Of a stretch of DNA of 64,000 nucleotides, positions 34,750-49,100 are shown in pieces; within the stretch, counting starts at the first letter, position 1, and each line of letters opens with the position of its first letter. The stretch lies in NCBI GenBank assembly GCA_016748015.1, contig JAAOMT010000400.1:624970-688969 (forward strand), read 5' to 3'. The notes under the pieces were generated by a model. It searched no databases. It was given only the letters and a program-made list of their open reading frames with translations, and was not told the DNA's origin. The stretch comes from Geosiphon pyriformis uo1. Its lineage: Eukaryota; Fungi; Glomeromycota. The position numbers and the translations under genes are program-made.

Positions 34750-37500
34750 TTATAAAATTAACCAAAATTTATGATTTTTTTTCAAAATATTTTTTATTAT
34801 TAAGTCAACTACAAAGATTAAAAATTGTATTATTATACTCTTTAATATTGAAAAATTGTTTTTATAAAAAAAATTAAACTTATTACAAACCAAAAAAATT
34901 TTGTTAAACAAGATCTTAGAAAAAATTTTTAAGTTATTTTGATTAAAACAATAGGTTTAATGTTAATTAAAACTTTTTTTTAATTATATGATTTAATAAT
35001 TCTTGACACTCAAGTCTTTTTTTACAACCAAAAAATTAATTTACTAATTAAACTGATATTTAAAAAATTTAACAATATGTTCCAAACTAATTTATTACAA
35101 TATTTTTAAAGTTTATTTAATATCTTAAATAATTTAAAAGCTTTTTTATTCAGCAAATCTATTATAACTTTTAGTATTTTATCAAAGCCAATTATATTTA
35201 TAATTTCAAAAAAAACATTATCAGCCACATAGATTAAAAACAAGTATTATTAATACTATATATTAGAAATATTTTTTAATATCTTATATTTAACTATATT
35301 AAGACTAATATTTGACTTTAAAAAATTCCAAATGCAAAAAGTATTTACTTTATCAAATAAAAGCTAATAAGCCAATAAAATATTAATTTTATAATTAAGA
35401 TTTAAATACAAAGCTTAAACAATTTTAGATACCAAAATCTTTAATTTGTAAAAATTAAATAAAGTTTTGATAAAAACATTATTATAATTTTTGTTTTAAG
35501 ATTTAGAAAAAATTTTATTGGCTAAAAAACAAATAATTTTTTAAATAACATACTATATAGAATTTATATTAAAAAATTTCTTTAAATTATTAAAATTTAC
35601 ATTAAATATAGTAGTATATACCAATATAACTTCTTTAAATCTTGATTATTTGGTTATATTAACTTTTTTAACATTACTAAAGTTTTTTTAAGTAAGAGTT
35701 TAAAAAAATAAACTACTAATCAAAAAATTAATCAAACTAAGATCCAAATATTTTTTAAAACTAATATTATATTTAATATTATTTTTATTAAAATTATTTC
35801 TCAAAACAACAAAAATATTATTATTAATTGTTTTAATAATAAAAAAATTAATTTTTGGTGTCTGATTCAATTATTTTTCTAAAGATATACTAGTATATAA
35901 ATTCAATATAAAAATTGATTGTTAATTTTTAAACAATAAAAAAATTATTAAAAATCTATTAAAAATTTTCAATATTTTTAAAACATGTTTAACCAAATAT
36001 TTATTTACAATTAATATAATACTAATACTTAAATATTTTAAATTTAAACTAGAAGTAAACATTTGTATACTAATAAACTTATTTGCAATTTAAGACTTAA
36101 CACTAAAATAAATTTTAGTTTTAATAATAATTAAAATATTATTTTTTGATTTTTTATGTATTTTAAGATATTTATATAAAAAACCAAAATAGAAACCAAA
36201 GAACTATTATTAAAAGTATTAAACAAAACTTTTGTTAAAAAATTATTAACAAGTAATATAAACAGAAAATTTTTTAAAATATTACTTATTACAAAAGCCT
36301 AAAAAACATTATTAAAAGATATTAAATAAAATATAAAGACATGTTTCTTCATATAAATATTAGCAAAACTTTTTTTGTTAAACTTAAAAATTTTATTTTT
36401 TACAATTCTGACCAAATAATTTTAAACTAAGTTTACAGATATTAAAAATATAATTACATTTTTTATATTTAGTGTAATTTAAAAATAATAAATCAGTTTA
36501 AATTAAGTCTATGTCTTTAAAAACAGAAGTTAAATAAATAGCAGTGTTTTTTATTAAAAGAAAGTTAAAACATATAATAATACAGTATATTTATATATAT
36601 ATAATAAAATTATAGATGATAATATCTATTAGCAAAGTATACAAAAATATATAATAATAGTTTTTTAAATTCTATAACTATTTATTAATGTTGACTTTAA
36701 TTATATAAACAGGGTCTTTATCCAACAAAATTAATTATTTAAAAAAAATCAGATTAGTAATTTTAAAACTTTTAAATTTAACCAATGTCTTTTATTAAAA
36801 ACCAATAAGCTATAATTTGATTAAAATAATTTTACTAAATTTAAATAGTATTAATTTTAGTGCTAATTTAAACAGATCTATTAGAATTTTTTTAATAATA
36901 ATTTCTTAATTAAATCTGATGTTGATTTTTTTTAAATTGGTATTAACCAAAATTATTTTATTTACAATTAGTTTTTTAGTCATGATTAAGCTAAATTTAA
37001 AAGTAAAAATAAACTAAATAATATTTTGGTATTTTAAGAAAATAAAAACACTCTTAAAATTATTAATTTTATAAAAAAATTTTCTAATATATTTAAATTT
37101 TTTGTTTAGAGTTTTGTCAGATATTACAGCAATATTAATATTTAAAGCAAATGATTTTATTTGGTTAAAGCTTTTTTTTGGCATATATATTAGATTGTAA
37201 AATAAGATTAAAAAATATAAAAAACAAAAAATTAAAAACTTTTTTATTGTTTAAATTATTGAATATTAATTTTTTAGAAGATTTTTTCAAATTGTAAAAA
37301 TAAGTATAGATGTTTCTTATTTATATATTTGTTATTATTAAATTTAACAATAAATTTCTTTAATTGTTAATTAAAATTTTTTAGAATATAGACATATGTG
37401 TTTTGGTTTTTTATACCAAAACGATTCTTTATTCTAGTCTTGTCAAAATTTACAAAGTTAGCTATATTATTGATTAGCTTTATTATTATAAATAAATTAG
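34750..37500 (-). pseudogene. Hyper-mutated LINE relic (ORF1 and start of ORF2); ends approximate
   Basis: Minus strand reads *IANKFISIQMFTSS (~36045-36093; compare WIANKFSGVRVF), ILLDKDPV (~36710-36733) and ILIDL (~36872-36887; compare EIPVDL). Confidence 0.6.
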
Positions 37501-38046
37501 TGTTAAAAAAAATAATTAACAATATGAATAAAAAAAATAAAAAAAATTCACTTTAATTTTAATAGTTTTATTATAAACAAAGAATTAATAAAACAAAAAT
37601 TTTTTTAAACTTATTATATAAATTGTATTTAGTTTAAAATATTTTAATTTTATAATAATAAAATTATATTTAATATAAATCTAAATTAATTAATTTTTAA
37701 AAAATCAGATTTAATAAAATTTTTGATTATAAACATTAATATAAATATAAAAATTTAAATTATTTGATTTTTAATTTATAAAATTATTTTTATTAATTTT
37801 AATAAAGTATTTTTAAAAACAGTTTTTTATTATTATGTTTTAATAAAATATGGTTTTTTATTATTATTTTTAATTAAAAAAGCTATTATAAATAAAAATT
37901 GTGTAAGTTTAAAATGTAATTAATTATTTAAACTTATATTAAAACAATATTATACTAATTAAGCATTAAAAACTATTTTAAAAACTTATTTTACAAATTA
38001 TTTAAATTAAATTCTTGTTATAAAAAACCAATTTACAAATTTATTT

Positions 38047-39358
38047 ATTTATTTAACAAGTGAGGTCTAAACACTACCTAGTATAATACATTATACAAGT
38101 GATCTAAACTAGGCGTGAATCATGCTCTTTCTACATGTGACCAGCCACTCAGACTAGTCAGGACAACATTAGGCACCTATATGCACCGAGACCAAGTTAC
38201 CTATACCTGAAAAGAATAAACTAGATCTACGAAACCCAAAACCAATACCAATTGTATCAGCGATATCCAATAATCTAACCACATTGGACGAGAGTACTGA
38301 AGGAAGACCAGAAACCAAGACAAGAATAGAACTATTATATAGGATCAAGCCACCCTTCTCCATAACAGCTCTGTGTTTCGCACGAACCAGCCAAATATCA
38401 TTATGGAATGCAAGACAAAAATCACGCACAAATGCCACGATATTCTGAGTCACCATTTTAAAGTCCTTGAAAACAGAAAAAGATTCACGATACCACTCAT
38501 TGAAAACAAAGCCCTTACATATAGCCACACCAACAACAGCATTGGAAGTGCAAGCAGAAAGCGACTGCAAAACACATGAAGTCAAATGAGATAAACCTGA
38601 GTGCGTTTCCCAAACAGATGCATGAGCATTCATCAACCAGGCACAATCACCAGCATCAAATGGGCACGAAAACACATGATCTGAAATTTCAACATCACCA
38701 CAGAACAAACACATCACACTGGGGTACCCCTTATCATAAAGACGCTTTTGCACAGCAACAGAAAGATGATAATGCAATGCCTTCATAAAATATGTTCGAT
38801 AACCAGCAGTACATGCACTAGTGAAACCAGCGGCCAAATGAGAGTCTGGATGCCACACTGAACATGACCTGACCCAATCAACATCAGCATGTAAGCTGTC
38901 CACCAATACCTGAGAACCAGAACCAACCTCTCAATGTGCACGGTAAATAGAGCAGAAAACATCACGAACAAAATGCCTAGAATTACCAGAAACCACAGTA
39001 CTGCCAGCCTTGAGAAAATGTTTATCGATCCTGTGAGGAAGATGCACACCAGAAGATGCAGCAGCCCTAGCCAAAGTGTCAGCACACTTATTGCCCAAGA
39101 CTTCAGAGTGACCTCTAACTTTAATCCAATCAACATCCAAATTTTTGTGATGAATGATATTAGAAATATGGCAGCATTCGATCCAACACCGATTCCTGAA
39201 ATCTGGACACCCCAACATTAACTCTGACCTGCATGCATCCAAAGTGGTCTGGCTGTCCGAAAACAGATTAACCGAACGAGAAGAAGGGACACACTCAAGA
39301 GCCAAAGCAATGGCCTGCAGCTTCATCATGATAGAAAAAACCAAACCAGAAACTTCCA
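38047..39358 (-). mobile_element. 5'-truncated LINE (RNase H, C-terminus, 3' UTR, (TAAA)n tail)
   Basis: Track ORFs 38931-39359 and 38169-38906 are homologous to 29194-30615; 3' UTR matches 30616-30730; weak TSD candidate AAATTTATTT. Confidence 0.9.
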
Positions 39359-39891
39359 AAATTTATTTTATAGTTTTATTAATATTAAATTTATTAATAA
39401 AGTTTTATAACCTTTATAATTTAATAATTTTGTTAAATATATTTAAACTATTATTTTTAAAATTTATATTTTATTTTTATTAATATTATTTAAATTATTA
39501 TTATTTTTATAATTAAATTTTTAATATAATTATTTTTAATGTTTTACTTAAATATTTATTCATATTTTAACAATTAAAATATTTTTAATCAATAAATTAG
39601 TTTTATAATAATTTTTATGAATTAATAAACTTAATTTTACAATTAAAAACCAAAAATTTAAACTTTTATATTTATAATAACACTAATTATATTGGTAAAA
39701 TTGCAGACTATTATTTTGGTTTTGGAGTGTATATCTGTTTCTGGTGCTATTATTTTGTTTACAGACAGTTATATATTACTGAATATGTATAAGTTCAATG
39801 TAAATGTATCTGGTTCTGATTTTTGCCATAAGTGTTGAATTGAAAAAGAGCATATTTGTCAAACTATTTCAAAAAAAAATCTGTTAGTCAT

Positions 39892-40568
39892 TCTTACTCA
39901 TAAAAGAAAAAAAACAGATATAGAAAATAGCAGACCAATAGGAGAATAGTATTTAGCACATGAGCACATTGTTTAGCAATGTGGAGCAATATCAGAAATC
40001 ATAGCACATTGCTCAGCAATGTAGAGCAATGTCAGAAAACATGGCATATTGCTCAACAATGTAGAACAATATTAGAAAATTAGAGCACATTGCTCAAAAA
40101 ATCATAGCATATCATTCAGGAATGTGAGCAATCTCATAGAATATCAATCATGTATATATAGCAGTAGCATTAAAAGTAGAAAAAAGAAGAATCTTTTAGT
40201 TAAAAATCTCTCATTCACAAATATTGAATAAATAAATTATTTACCATCCAAATCCACTCTTCACTATCAACACTCCATGTTGATAGCAATTGATACTTAA
40301 CTACACTAGAACAATAGCTCTTGATCATAACTATTGACAAATACTAACTTGCACATTGCCTTGGCTTATTTCTTTATGTTATTTCTTTTATTTTCTTGTT
40401 TTAATTATTGTTATTACTAATTCTATTGAGGATTAACACGCGGAGTATTGACATCAGAATATAGCACTGATAAAAGATCCAAAAATAAGGGTAGGACACT
40501 TAATTGAGGTTAGCTTACTAGGAAAAACACCGGCCATCATGCTGAGAAAAAAATTGACAAAACTGTGG
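39892..40568 (+). repeat. Element F 5' LTR, left part
   Basis: Matches 59032 to ~59699. Confidence 0.93.
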
Positions 40569-41435
40569 TGTTATGGAATGGTTTTCTTGTTATATTTAAT
40601 TGCTGATATCCCGTTTTAATTGCAATCAGTCTTTTGTGAGTTCCTCAATTCTATTTGTGTAATAATGTCACTGTTACACTGAAGGCTTTCTTTTTACTGT
40701 TGCAATATAAGTTATTCTTCAATTCTTGATTGTTGTGTGTGTTTATGTACTCCTTTTCAAAGGCTGAACTGAAATCTACCCACTGTTTGGGGTCTTCTCT
40801 GAGGCTATCTTTGCAATTGTCTAATGTGTTTCTCTAATCTAGAAACACAGAATGTTAATGGTCTTTAGTGCTTTTTTAATTCTTACAATAAAGCTTTTAT
40901 CAATTAGTAACAACATGAATAATCTTGATCAAAGATTATTCTTCCAAGGGATTCAGTTGATGAATGATAGTTTTATTCAATAAATAATACAAATAAGTTT
41001 CTTAATACTTTGGGTTGTGATAGTTCAGTTTTAAATATTTTTTTTCATTTCTTTTTGATTTTAAAGGTTTCTTGGGATATTTAATTTGAAAGTATAATTT
41101 AAAGTGGAGTTTGTTGGATAAAATTGGATCTATTACTTGATAAGTTATGATTTTTATTACTTGATTGATTATTTTCTAATATTAAAACTACTGTATATAT
41201 ACATGTTTGTAGTTCTATGAGAAAACACATTGTAATACTTTTTTTTGATATTTCAATCTGGTATTTGCTGCTATCACCAGTTGGTGTTGGCTGCTATTGT
41301 GAACTGGTGCTTGCCACTATTGCAAGATGGTGTTTGCTACTATGTTAATCATTACCTTTCTAAGATTATTACTGTGCTATATTATGTGTATTATTTTTAT
41401 GATTCTTTTTTTTGCTAAATTCTTAAACTGTAACA
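40569..41435 (-). repeat. Element E 3' LTR (867 bp)
   Basis: TGTTA...TAACA; matches 49688-50565. Confidence 0.96.
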
Positions 41436-41448
41436 TTATCCCCTCCTT

Positions 41449-42117
41449 TCAAGATTGAGCTCTGTCGAAATTGAAGTTAATTTCTTCATTAAATTCTAAG
41501 TTACTATAGTGGTTCAATACTGTGTTATTAATTTGTTGTTGTAATTCTTGAAATTACGAGTTGGTAAGTCGTCCAATACTGTTGGTTGTTATTATATTCA
41601 TGGTTGGGTCCAACAATAATTTGTGACAGTTTTCAAACGCTTTGAAAATTCTGTAAACTGTTTTTGAATGGAATGTAGTGTTGGTTTTTCCAATAAAAGG
41701 TTCTAATAGTTGGATAGTTGTTTTGTCAAACACTCTAGTTGAGTCTTTTGAGTATAATGTTTGTATGTTCAAGTGCTTTCCTAGTTGATAATAACAGTAA
41801 TTAATTGGAAATTTTGTTTTCAAGTTGCTAAATGTGTCTGGTGTTAATTCACTTATTTCTATTTCTTCTATTATTAATGTATTGCCCAATGCTATCTCTA
41901 ATTTTTCAATAACTTTGCTAATAAATTTGTTATTATATTTGGCAATATTATATGGTTCGAAATTATGTTCTTTTCTTGTTTTTGGATTTTCTATTGTTCT
42001 TTTTATGTATGTTATTTTGGAGCTATTAACTGTGATTTTTAGATCGGATTTTAATTGTTGTAAGCTTTCAACTAATTGTTGAATTATATTGTTGATGTTT
42101 TCTGGAATAAGTATCAT
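41449..42117 (-). pseudogene. Element E ORF3, unknown ~222-aa protein (one internal TAA)
   Basis: MILIPENINNIIQQL..FPINYCYYQLGKHLNIQTLY..TVYRIFKAF..NSIGRLT..NFDRAQS*. Confidence 0.82.
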
Positions 42118-42201
42118 TGTTTTAATTTTGACTGCTATTTTGGAATCTTTTGCATGCATTTTTATGGTTGTTAAATCATTTTTGCTGTGATCTAAGATTA
42201 A

Positions 42202-43581
42202 TTATCTTTTCGAATAATGTTCAATTAAAACTATTAGTTCTAAATCTCATGGAATTTGTTCTGGTAGAATTAAAGATAATTGTGTTCCAATTCTGGGTGT
42301 TTTTGTTGTTATTACTGGTTTACTGTAATAGAATTTCAGCCAGTTACCATGTGCTGCTTTTCTTAATATTTTATCATCTAGTCTTAGCTTGTATGCTCTA
42401 TTTCCAAGTATTTTGTGAATATAAAATGGTCCATTCCACTTGTGATCAAATTTTCCACTCCACTGTTTTTTCATTTTTGTATGATGCAACAATACTTTAT
42501 CTCCAATTTTGTAGCTAATTATATTATCTGGTAACTGGTTATTATGTCTCACTTTTTGTTGTTCTTGTGATTGTTCAATATTTTGTGCTGCTTTTTTTCT
42601 TTTGTTTTCTAAAGTTCCCATTAATTTGTATGTTCTTCTAAGTAGTGTTTCTTGGAATGTTGCTTCCGTGATAGTGTCACTTGGATAAGTTGGGATAGTA
42701 AGTTCAACTGGTAATGTGGCTTTTCTTCCATAAACTAGTTCAAATAGTGTGAATTGTATAGTATCTTGTTTTACTGTTCTATATGCTAGTAGTACTGCTG
42801 GTATAAACAAATCTCATTCTTTTTCATGTTCGTTACTAATTTTCGCCAGTGATTCGCATAATGTGTAATTAAATCTTTCAACTAATCCATTTGTTTGAGG
42901 GTGGTATGGTGATGACAGTGATCGCTTGATTCTAAATTTTTGGTTAAGTTCTTTTAAGGTGCTGTTTACGAAGTGTGTGCCTTGATCTGATAGCAATTTT
43001 TGTGGACATCCATGTCGGCAAATTAAGTCTTCATGTATGAATTGAGCTATGGAAATAGCATCAGCTGTTTTAATAGCTCTAGCTTCTGGCTATTTGGTGA
43101 GATAGTCCATGGCTACTGCAATATAATGGTTGTTTCTTGTTGTTATTAGTAAGGGTCCAACTAAATTAATTCTGATTCTGTCAAATGGCTGTTCAATTTT
43201 TATTGGTCTTAATAATTCCGTTGTTTTTGCTCCTCCTCTTTGTTGGCATGGGTCACAATTTTTTATGTATTGGATTATGTCTGAACTCATTTTTGGCCAA
43301 TAGTAACGGCTAGTTGCACATTGGATGGTTGCTGTTTTTCCAAAGTGGCCTGAATGAATATCTGAATGCATGTTAAATAAGATAGTTTTTTTTTCATCTG
43401 TGGTTATAATTCTTAATAGATTATCTGGATTTTGTCAATTCTGGTAATAAAGTATGTGATTTTGGATGAAATAGTGTTTTGCTAATTTTTGGAGCTTAAT
43501 TAGCTCTTTTACTGGCATTTCTTCATCTATTTGTAGTGTTTCCAAGTATTGGCTGAGGTTTTTGTAAAGGTGGTTGTTTAT
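42202..43581 (-). pseudogene. Element E integrase, separate ORF (start decayed to ATA)
   Basis: 460 codons in one frame; HSD..GHFG..CDPC, DYLTK, SDQGTHF, YHPQTNGLVERFN, WNGPF. Confidence 0.92.
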
Positions 43582-44468
43582 TGTTGTTGTGGCGGGTGGG
43601 TTGGTAATTTTTATGTGTGTTTTATTCTTGACAAACAGTCAGCATTAGCATTTTTGGTACCTTCTTTGTATTTGATAATATAATCATATGGTGCTAACAT
43701 TTGTGACCATCTGGCATATTTTCTTTTTAGCGCTTTCTTGTTATTTAACCAGACCAGATCTCTATGATCTGTCGTAATCTCAAAGGGTTGGTACTGTAAA
43801 TATGTGTCAAAGTGAACACAACTCCAGACTACTGCTAAGTATTCAAGTTCATGTGCTGTGTAGTTTTGTTCTGCCATACTGAGACTTCTGCTGGCATAAG
43901 CGATTACACATTCTTTTCCATTATCATCTTTTTGTAACAGAATGGCTCCAAGTCCAGTTCCAGAGGCATCTGTGACCAAAATGAATTTCTTGTTGAAATT
44001 TGAATAGATCATTATTGGTGATTTAATAAGCTTTTGTCTAAGGTACTCAAAAGCTTTTTGTTGTGTTTCAGTCTATTCAAACTTCACATTTTTAGATAGT
44101 AGGTAATTAAGGGGTTTGGCGATGTTTGAAAAGTTTTCTACAAAGTGGCAGTAGTAAGATGCAAGTCCTAAAAAGCTTCTAACTTCTGAAATGTTTCGAG
44201 GTACTGGAAAATTTTTCACTTTGTCTATTTTTGATGGATCTGGTTTTATTCCATCTTTTCCAACTATGTGTCCTAAAAATGCTAGCTCATTTTTTCCAAA
44301 GAAACATTTTTCTAGATTTAGTTTAAGTCCAGCGTGTCTCAATCTCTCAAAAACTTGTTGTAAATATTGGAAATGATCCGTGAATTTTGACGAGAAAACA
44401 TTTGTATCATCCAAGTAGACAACAATGGATTGCCACAGGATTCCAGAGTAAATTACGTCCATTAGTTT

Positions 44469-44488
44469 NNNNNNNNNNNNNNNNNNNN
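44469..44488. other. Assembly gap (20 N) flanked by a 270-bp overlap duplication
   Basis: 44199-44468 is repeated at 44489-44758 with two C/T differences. Confidence 0.9.
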
Positions 44489-45734
44489 AGGTACTGGAAA
44501 ATTTTTCACTTTGTCTATTTTTGATGGATCTGGTTTTATTCCATCTTTTCCAACTATGTGTCCTAAAAATGCTAGCTCATTTTTTCCAAAGAAACATTTT
44601 TCTAGATTTAGTTTAAGTTCAGTGTGTCTCAATCTCTCAAAAACTTGTTGTAAATATTGGAAATGATCCGTGAATTTTGACGAGAAAACATTTGTATCAT
44701 CCAAGTAGACAACAATGGATTGCCACAGGATTCCAGAGTAAATTACGTCCATTAGTTTTTGGAATGTCGCGGGAGTGTTTGTTAATCCAAATGGCATTAC
44801 ATTGAACTCATAATTGCCATTTTGTGTTGTGAATGCTGTTTTATGCTTGTCCTTTGGGTTCATTTCCACTTGCCAATACCCACTGGTCAAGTCCAGTGTA
44901 GAAAACCATTTTGCTCCTCCAAAAACATCGAAGATTTCGTCAATTAACAGTATTGAGTATGAGTCTTTGGTTGTTTTGCTGTTTAGTTTGCGATAGTTAA
45001 CGCAAAATCTAATTTTTCCGTTCTTTTTTCTTACTAAAACAACTGGTGAGAACCATGGGCTCATTAATGGTTGTATTATTCCTTTTTTCAACATGCTTTG
45101 AACTTCTTCTCTGATAAAATTATGCTCTATTGGTGGAACACAGTAAGTGCGTTGTTTTTCAGGTCTGGCATCTTCAGTGGGGATTTGGTGTTGAACCAAA
45201 TTGGTTCTTCCAAATTTGCCATTTCTTGAAAATATATCAAAGTATTTTAAAATTAATGCTTTTAATTGTTGCTGTTGGTCAGGATCCATTGTTTCAATGT
45301 TTAATTTGGCCAATTCTTCTGGCATAAATTGATAGCATTCTAACAGTTGTTGCCAATTTATTGAAGTGAATTTACAGTAGAGAGCAATTTCTGGGAAATT
45401 TAGAATTTTTTGTGGTGTTAACGCGTTTTCTAGCTCCATTCCGAGGTATCCAATGATGGTATCTTCCAGAATGTAGATGGGTTCTTCTGTGGTATTTGCG
45501 ATAGAAATTTTTATCTATTGAGCTTTATCAGCTGGAATAAAAAGGTTAGTAAGTCCTATGAGAAACTGTTGGCAAGTTTCTGGGTAGGGCTCAAATATTA
45601 GGTCTTTTTCTTTAATTGTTCTTTTTATTCTTATTTCTGATTTTCCATATGGTAGGAGTGTGATGAACCGCTCATTTTTAATTACTTTGCCTTTTTCCTC
45701 TATTGTTTCAGCGAAATTCACTTCAATTCCTTTT

Positions 45735-46160
45735 CTTGTCAATCCAAAACCAAAAGTTCTTCTCGTTGTTTGTGACAATTTCTTACGATTTTCTACTGGC
45801 ATGAATTTCCCAATTTTTACCAATGGTAGGAAAATTGCTTGTGCAATTTTTTCCTTAGATTCAATGGTATAAGGCTTTTCTGAATTGTTCTGTAGCAAAA
45901 CCATCAAATTTCCAGTGTATTCGGAGTCAATTACTCCTTCTTGAATGCTTATTTCTTTTTTTGCAAGGCTTGATTGCGATGCCATTTGAACCATTATTCC
46001 TGGTGGAATTTCAACCACTATTTTTAGGTCAATTTTGGTAATGCTCCTGGGTGGTAACGTTGTGGATTGGTCTTCTGGATAATGTAGATTGAATCCAGCG
46101 TCGGTTGGATGGGGTCTTTCGGGTATTATTCCTAAGTGCCCGTTGTCGAAGTATCGGATG
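45735..46160 (-). pseudogene. Trimeric dUTPase domain in element E
   Basis: DAGFNL, ASQSSLAKK, GVIDSEYTGNL, EKIAQAI, RRTFGFGLT. Confidence 0.92.
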
Positions 46161-49100
46161 TCGGTCACCTGTTCTAAGTTGGTATAGGCTACAAATTTTT
46201 CTGACTCGGGACCATCAGGTGAGTCTTGTTGATTTATTGATTGATTTTGAGACTGCTGATTCTCAATTTCCATTTTTCTTTCTAAGTCCCTTTCATCTTG
46301 ACACTCTTCACAGCACTGATTTTGGCATGGGATGAGACAGTTTTCACAGAGGTAAGTGTTGATTTGGGCAAAATATTGTTCTTGCTCTTGTCGAGTGGAC
46401 ATAGTTGTTGGTAGTAGTCCTGGAATTTGTCCACTGGGTCGAACATGTTGTAGCTGGCAACTTCGTCGGCTACTTCGGCTGACTCTTTCCAACATCATAT
46501 TTCTTTGGCAGTTCCTCCTCTTACTTTGGCTTGTGCAGTGTTGTACAGCTTGTTCTCGTCATGTGGGTAGTGCTGTAATCTTTTTAACGCTCTGTTGAAC
46601 GCTGCTTCGAATGGCATTCCTCCTCTTACCCAGTCACAGATGAGAATCATGTATTGGCAAGTTGCGTTACATGTTCCTCCTCTGCCTGGTATGTTGTTTC
46701 AGTCACACTCTCTTGGTAATGGTTCTCCACAAGCAAGACATAGTTCCTCATCCCATTTTCCATGTCTTTTTGGGTAACCATATTTTTCTTTGTTACAATG
46801 GCAATAGTAGTAGGTGAAGTTTCTTGGGTCTTTGTCTGGTGTGCTGCATGCAGTCATAGACGAGAGTTTCTTCTTGCAAACCGAGCATTCTAGCTTTGGT
46901 CTGCGTTGCTGATGGTTTCTTTGTGAACTTACCTGGTTCCATTCGGATCTTTCTTTGCTGGTCCACGTTGGTACGGCTGGTAGTCCTGTTTTTTGGTCAT
47001 CAGCCCAAGAGAGCTGATAGGTTTCGATGGCTGGTAGTGCTGGATTTTTCTCAAATTCAAAGGTAGATCTTTGGTTGGTGCTGGGTTTTTGGAAGTGGCC
47101 ACAGGTGGCTGGAATTTTGGCCTGGTGGCCATTATAATTGATTAGAAGCTCTTGGGTGGTCCAGTCTAGGGTGGCGTTGGCTTTTGTTAGCCAGTCATTC
47201 CCTACTAACACTTGATATTGTGTAGTGTCTATTACTAATACTTTTGTAGGTATTACTATGCCGTTAATTTCGAAAGGAAATGAGTTGATTTCGTCATAAG
47301 GCAGCTTTGTACTTTCATCGGCTGTTATGATTTGGGATGTCGTGGCACAATTAACTTTGAAATCCAGTTGGTTTACTAGTTGAAGCATTACGATGCTTCC
47401 AGCGGATCTACTGTCTAAGATAAGTTTGATTGGGGTATTGTTTACAATGGCTTCCATATACATAGCAGTGATTGGGCGTTTTTCATCCAATACTGCTCTA
47501 CTGAACATAGCCTCGTTTTCCTCTAATTTAAAAGGAAAAATAGCTGTGAGGCTGCTATCTTCAGTGGCAACTGCTGGTGGTATTGTCTGGCTCAATTTGG
47601 AGGAATTCTTGGTTTTGTTTATGTTTCTACTATTATTGTTTCCAATAATCAGGTTTTCCAGTATATTAAGGTAAGTTTGTTGATAATTTTGGTAGTTTGG
47701 ATTGGTTTGCTAATTGGTTCCGGCGCGGTTTGGATTCCTCTAGACCAACATGTTCTGGTTCCACATGGGCTGATTTCGGGCCTCAGGATGCCAATTCGGG
47801 TTGGCTATGATGGGCTGTTGTTGATAAGCTCCTTGATTTTGATACGTGGTGGGATATTGGCATAGTATTGGCATGTACTGGTTTCTGGGCATTTGGAGTG
47901 ATGCATAGTAATTATTTTCACGTGCTTTCTGCATCATTCGCATTCGACATTGACTAATCAAATGTCCTATGCATTTGCAAAAATGGCAGGCGTGCATTTC
48001 TGTTCTGAATTCCTGGCATGACGAGTGATTATTTCGACTGTTGCTGACTTTCTGGCTGCGTCTTTGGGTGGTTGGTATGTATTTTTTCTCGGATCCGGGA
48101 TGAGGTAACTTTCTATTTTCTTAGAGAGTTCCTCTCCTAATCGTGTTACTCTTTTCTCTAATTTTTCTGTCTTATTTTCCTCCATTACCATGTTAACCAT
48201 TTGACTATGATTAGCTTCTTTCTCAGCCAATTCAAGGGCTCTGGTGAGCATAACGGCTTCTGGTAAGAAATTAGGGTGGGCAGGGCGTACTCTTCCTAAA
48301 ATGCTGCTTTTTAATTCTCTAATAAACTGATTTAAAACCTGAGGATCAGTGTAGTATCCTTGTTCAATCGCTTCAATCTGACGGCGAATTCGATTGAATT
48401 GAGCAAGGTATTGGGTGACAGTTTCACCAGTATTTTGCTTAATAGTATTGAATTCGTTTTGTAGTTAAATTATGGCGTTTGGGTCGCTAAAATACTCCAG
48501 AAGTGCATTTTTAAATTTGGTGAAGCTTATGGGTTTTGTTTCCAGGCTTTGATACCACGAGTCGGCTGTGCCTTTTAGGAAAAAAGGTAATGTTTGAATT
48601 GCTCTTTGGTTGTTCCAGTTATTTGCCTGGATGGCTTTTTGTGCTTCTCTAAGCCATGTGTGCATGTCCGTTTCTTCTTCCTCTTCTGAGAAATCTGTTA
48701 GTCTTGCAATGTATGGTGTGGTCATTTCATTGCCGTTTTTTGCTGGTGGGTTTATTGGTCTAAGAGGAGGTGGGATAATATTTCCTTGAGCATTCCTAAA
48801 GATGGCTTCCCTTATATCCAGTTTTTCCTCTTGATCACAAGTTTCTTGGTTTCTGGACTGGCTGCTTGTTCTAGTGACTGGTCTTGTGATTGTTTTTTCG
48901 CTGGTCTCTTTTTCGGATTCCAATTCAAACTCCTCTTCATGGTTTTCAAACCCCATTCTAAATTTTGGCTAAAAAAAAGGGTTTTGGAATAGTGATGAAT
49001 ATCTTCCTGTAATTGGTATGTCTCCCCAGTTACGTTGTTTAATTTTATCAGTATAACTAGGAGTTCTTGGCGTTTGTAGAGTTAATGTTGATGATGATGC

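Noticed and set aside
41449-42117. ORF3 as an envelope gene
   Set aside because: Short, with no signal peptide, transmembrane helix or fusion-protein Cys pattern visible
44199-44758. Tandem duplication of part of RT in element E
   Set aside because: The two 270-bp copies abut a 20-N gap, which is a typical unmerged contig overlap
47990-48070. Programmed gag-pol frameshift in element E
   Set aside because: It lies inside Gag before the zinc knuckle and is fixed by restoring one base (QPPQRR); knuckle and protease share a frame
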